Part shown: in pieces, positions 60,599-64,000 of the stretch
Position numbering within the stretch: position 1 is the first letter of the stretch
How the letters are laid out: every line of letters begins with the position of its first letter
Assembly: GCA_902526565.1 (NCBI GenBank)
Contig: CABZLP010000001.1
Span: 133,048-197,047, forward strand
From: an uncultured Pelagibacteraceae bacterium
Lineage (GTDB): Bacteria; Pseudomonadota; Alphaproteobacteria; Pelagibacterales; AG-422-B15
Reading direction: 5' to 3'
Length of the DNA: 64,000 nucleotides
The notes under the pieces: generated by a model
Databases searched by the model: none
What the model saw: the letters and a program-made list of their open reading frames with translations, nothing else
Told to the model about the DNA's origin: nothing
Program-made: the position numbers and the translations under genes

Positions 60599-61534
60599 AT
60601 GAACAAAATCATGAGTAAAATTGTATTTGCAAATAATCCTCTGGACAGAATGTCTAGCATAAGAGGTGATGAAGAGTGGCAAAAAACCTCAATGAGCAGC
60701 TCTGATGCAAGATATATTATTTTTGATTCTGGCAAGCCTCTCATTCAAGTAAGCAAAGAACCAGGAAGTAAATCCGAAATATATTTGTCTAAGTTTGAAT
60801 CGGTTACGAAACACATTAAAGCGTGTCAAATTATCTTTCTCGGTGAAATGAAAAATATAAAATATTATGCTATCGACATTACTAAGGAGCGTAGTCATTT
60901 TGATATTGAAATCTTTATTGGATGTAAATTTATCGATTTAAGATCTATAGCCCAAAGTCTATCCCCAGAAGATACAGGAATTCTTGCCCAAGCCAAATCA
61001 ATGGTTGAATGGAATGCTGTTAATATTTTTTGTAGTCGGTGTGAAAATTCAAAGCTCAGAACAGTTGATGCAGGATCTAAAAAGGTTTGTGATAAATGTA
61101 AAACTGAATTATTTCCTCGCGTGGATCCTGTTGTTATCATGCTACCCATTTTTAATGAAAAATGTCTATTAGGACGTCAGAAAATTTTTCCTCCAAGAAT
61201 GTACTCTGCCCTCGCGGGCTTTCTTGAACCAGGAGAAACTATTGAAGACGCAGTTGTAAGGGAAGTGAAAGAAGAAGTGGGACTTAATGTGAATAGTGTT
61301 GAATATAAGTTTACACAGCCATGGCCTTTTTCTTCTCAGTTAATGATTGGCTGTTTTTCAAATGTGGATGATGACAAAACTAATCTCGATGAAGATGAGA
61401 TTGAACATGCTGTGTGGTTATCACGTGAGGATGTAAATCGAATTTTTGTTGGCAAAAGCCCTGATAGAATTTGGATACCCCCCGCTATGGCTGTAGCACA
61501 TCAGCTTATAGTTGAATGGTTACACAATAAATAA
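60599..61534 (+). CDS. nudC: NAD(+)/NADH diphosphatase (NAD-cap decapping)
   Basis: Zn motif FCSRC...CDKC, FPRVDP, Nudix box, QPWPF. Confidence 0.92.
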   Translation: MNKIMSKIVFANNPLDRMSSIRGDEEWQKTSMSSSDARYIIFDSGKPLIQVSKEPGSKSEIYLSKFESVTKHIKACQIIFLGEMKNIKYYAIDITKERSHFDIEIFIGCKFIDLRSIAQSLSPEDTGILAQAKSMVEWNAVNIFCSRCENSKLRTVDAGSKKVCDKCKTELFPRVDPVVIMLPIFNEKCLLGRQKIFPPRMYSALAGFLEPGETIEDAVVREVKEEVGLNVNSVEYKFTQPWPFSSQLMIGCFSNVDDDKTNLDEDEIEHAVWLSREDVNRIFVGKSPDRIWIPPAMAVAHQLIVEWLHNK

Positions 61535-61535
61535 A

Positions 61536-62369
61536 TTATTGGTTCCTATAAGAATGTTTTGGGTAAACCCCAAGAACCTGAAGTTTTTCAGTGTAAAATG
61601 ATAATTCATCAAGAGCTCCTTTAACAGAAGAGTCATCAACATGGCCATCAAGGTCAATGTAAAACTGTGCTTTATTAAAATCACCATCGACTATAAAACT
61701 CTCGAGCTTCGTTAGATTAACGCCATTAGTCGCAAAGCCTCCAAGAGCTTTATATAATGCCGATGGTACACTTCGAACTTCAAAAATACAGCTGGTTAAA
61801 TATGACAATTTTTCTTCTCTTTCCTGCTGTGCACCTTTTGACATAATAAGAAATCGTGTCGTGTTGTGTCTCATATCTTGAATATCTGACTTTAAAATCT
61901 CTAATCCATAAATTTCTGCAGCTAAGTGGGAGGCAATCGCAGAGTCCTCATTCGTACCTATTTCACTAATATGTTTAGCGGACCCAGCGGTATCAGCCAT
62001 TACAATGGGGGTAAGATTTAATCTCTGAATCGCTGATTGACATTGACCAATAGCCATTGAGTGACTTCTTACAAATTTTATTTCGTCAATGGTAGTTCCT
62101 TTTTTTGCAAGGAGCTGATGCTTGACTTCCTGAAAATGTTCAGCATAAATTTTAAGATCATAATCTCCTAATAAGTAATGAATATCAGCAACTCGACCAG
62201 CGACGGAGTTTTCAACAGGTATCATTGCTAAATCTGCTTTCTCTTCTCTTACACAATTCAGCGCTGCTTCAAATGTTCTGCAGGGAACAGATTCATAATC
62301 TGTCATTGCTTCTTTACATGCTAAATGTGAATAAGCACCAAGTTCTCCCTGGTAAGATATTTTTTTCAT
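61536..62369 (-). CDS. pheA: Prephenate dehydratase
   Basis: YQGELGAYS, ENS..G, NTTRF, ACT domain with LTKLES. Confidence 0.93.
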   Translation of the reverse strand: MKKISYQGELGAYSHLACKEAMTDYESVPCRTFEAALNCVREEKADLAMIPVENSVAGRVADIHYLLGDYDLKIYAEHFQEVKHQLLAKKGTTIDEIKFVRSHSMAIGQCQSAIQRLNLTPIVMADTAGSAKHISEIGTNEDSAIASHLAAEIYGLEILKSDIQDMRHNTTRFLIMSKGAQQEREEKLSYLTSCIFEVRSVPSALYKALGGFATNGVNLTKLESFIVDGDFNKAQFYIDLDGHVDDSSVKGALDELSFYTEKLQVLGVYPKHSYRNQ

Positions 62370-63109
62370 TTCTTTAAAATTTCTTTAATTTCCTCTAAAT
62401 CCTCAGGAGTATCCACTCCCACAGGCAAAAAGTCAATTAAACCAACTTTTATTTTCATGTCATTATCTAAGGCTCTTAATTGTTCAAGTTTTTCATTTTT
62501 TTCTCTTTCAGTTTGAGATAAAGAAACAAACTTTTTAAGAGACTCTTTTCTAAAAGAATAGATTCCAATGTGATGGTATAATTTGTTATGATCGTAGCTA
62601 TCACTTTTCCTTGTGAAGTCTAGTCCCATAGTAGAGATTTCATTTTCTTCATAGTCACAATAGGCTTTAACAACTTGGTTTTTCCTTATTTCAGACTTAT
62701 TTCTAAAAACACAGGCTAGAGTGCCTATTTCAGAGCTATCATCTTCAATTAAACTAAGCACAGTATTCAGGGCCTCTGTATTGATTGTTGGAAGATCACC
62801 TTGTAAATTAATTATAAATTCAATTCTTTGATCAAGATCAATTTTATTTAAAGCCTCATATATTCGATCAGTACCAGATATATGTTTGGTTGATGTCATG
62901 CATGCATTGCCCCCCAAGCCTTCAATTAAATTTTTAATATCTTTACTGTCCGTCGCGACAAGAACCTCACCGAGTTGAGATGAAACAGCCTTTTCCCAAA
63001 CATGTTGGATCATTGGCTTACCATGAATGTCAAGCAAAGGCTTGTTTGGAAGTCTGCTGGCTTGAAGTCTTGCAGGTATAATAATTGCTGTATTATCTTG
63101 AGTAATCAT
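62366..63109 (-). CDS. kdsB: 3-deoxy-manno-octulosonate cytidylyltransferase
   Basis: IIPAR..SRLP.KPL, SGTDR, QGD, HIGIY, EKLEQLRAL. Confidence 0.93.
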   Translation of the reverse strand: MITQDNTAIIIPARLQASRLPNKPLLDIHGKPMIQHVWEKAVSSQLGEVLVATDSKDIKNLIEGLGGNACMTSTKHISGTDRIYEALNKIDLDQRIEFIINLQGDLPTINTEALNTVLSLIEDDSSEIGTLACVFRNKSEIRKNQVVKAYCDYEENEISTMGLDFTRKSDSYDHNKLYHHIGIYSFRKESLKKFVSLSQTEREKNEKLEQLRALDNDMKIKVGLIDFLPVGVDTPEDLEEIKEILKK

Positions 63110-63198
63110 AATGTTTTTATGCGACTAGAAGACGCATAATAACTTGAATAAATTAGAATAGTGTTTAATTAATAGCATATATTCTGCAAAAAAACATT

Positions 63199-63753
63199 AT
63201 GGATTCATTCGAAATTAATAAAATCGTTGCTTGTATTTTAGTTGTAGCACTTGTGTTTATAGGATTAGCTAACTTTAGTGAAATTCTCTATCACGTTGAA
63301 AAGCCGAAGGTTGCCGCGTACCAGGTTGAAGGAGGCGATAATATTGTAATGGATGTGGCTGCAACCTCAACAGAGGCAGTTGCCCAAGCTCCAACCGAAG
63401 ACCCTATTCAATTTCTTCTTGCTGGCGCTGATCTAGATAAGGGTAAAAAAGTATTCAAGAAATGCTCACAGTGCCACGTTATGGAAAAAGGCGGTGCTAA
63501 TAAAATTGGTCCAGCTTTGTGGGACATTGTAAATAAAGATATTGGCTCAAAGGATGATTATAAATATTCTAGTGCTATGGCAAACTTTGAAGGTGATTGG
63601 ACATATGAGCAATTAAATAGTTATTTGATTAACCCAAAAAAATATATCAAAGGGACGAAGATGTCTTTTGTTGGCCTCAAAAAAGCTAAAGACCGAGCAA
63701 ATGTTATTCTTTATTTAAGAAGTTTCAGCGATAATCCTGCTCCTATTGAATAA
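63199..63753 (+). CDS. cycM: Membrane-anchored cytochrome c (CycM/c552-like)
   Basis: MDSFE.NK start, TM helix, CSQCH heme motif, GTKM axial Met. Confidence 0.88.
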   Translation: MDSFEINKIVACILVVALVFIGLANFSEILYHVEKPKVAAYQVEGGDNIVMDVAATSTEAVAQAPTEDPIQFLLAGADLDKGKKVFKKCSQCHVMEKGGANKIGPALWDIVNKDIGSKDDYKYSSAMANFEGDWTYEQLNSYLINPKKYIKGTKMSFVGLKKAKDRANVILYLRSFSDNPAPIE

Positions 63754-63815
63754 ATCAATAGTCACTTAATATATTAATTGACTGCTGCATGCAGTAAACC
63801 TTATTCTCATCTAGT

Positions 63816-64000
63816 ATGACAAAAGAAAATGTTGGCTTATCAATTTATTTTGATAACAGAATGCTTCGCATTTTACTTTTGGGTGCTATCAGTGGTTTCC
63901 CGTGGGTAATAATTGGTAGTGCACTTTCACTTTGGTTAAAAGACTTTGAACTTTCAAGAAGTACTATTGGTTGGGCGGGATTTATATTTGGAGTTTATGC
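63816..64000 (+). CDS. ampG: AmpG-family MFS muropeptide transporter, 5' part (truncated by window; not in ORF track)
   Basis: MTKENVGLSIYFDNRMLRILLLGAISGFPWVIIGSALSLWLKDFELSRSTIGWAGFIFGVY. Confidence 0.75.
   Translation, partial: MTKENVGLSIYFDNRMLRILLLGAISGFPWVIIGSALSLWLKDFELSRSTIGWAGFIFGVY

Noticed and set aside
2642-61172. Many 60-130 aa ORFs in the track that overlap longer genes (e.g. 2848-3150, 7907-8275, 46523-46870, 56630-57028)
   Set aside because: Antisense or out-of-frame shadows of well-supported genes, with no recognisable motifs
1-64000. CRISPR array, prophage, IS elements, retron/RT or anti-phage defence genes
   Set aside because: No spaced repeats or hallmark proteins were found, and nearly all sequence is explained by metabolic and core genes

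Overview
An AT-rich, extremely gene-dense window (GC roughly low 30s % by eye) from a streamlined, probably marine alphaproteobacterium. The assignment rests on gcrA, class I LysRS, the TauE-TIGR02186 pair, and the kdsB-pheA/cycM and ffs-dnaX-ybaB-recR synteny; a HIMB59/SAR11-like lineage is inferred, not proven. The left ~35 kb is mostly catabolic. It holds an uncharacterised M19 dipeptidase-hypothetical-DUF3726 operon, an aldehyde dehydrogenase with a Pot-type ABC importer, and a three-GST operon. It also holds an esterase-GPH symporter-galK-GH1 operon and a beta-oxidation set with eukaryote-type auxiliary enzymes for unsaturated fatty acids. The right ~29 kb is mainly core genes (pyrD, lysS, folE, trkH, argFD, gcrA, tRNA-Arg, rpmH-rnpA-yidD-yidC-argB-dapDE, truA-fmt-def, recR-ybaB-dnaX, SRP RNA, nudC, pheA, kdsB, cycM, ampG). 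These are interrupted by a CP-ATP-grasp/alpha-E/transglutaminase operon that lacks its usual Anbu peptidase. No CRISPR array, prophage, transposase or known defence system was seen. All product calls come from motif recognition by eye, without database searches.
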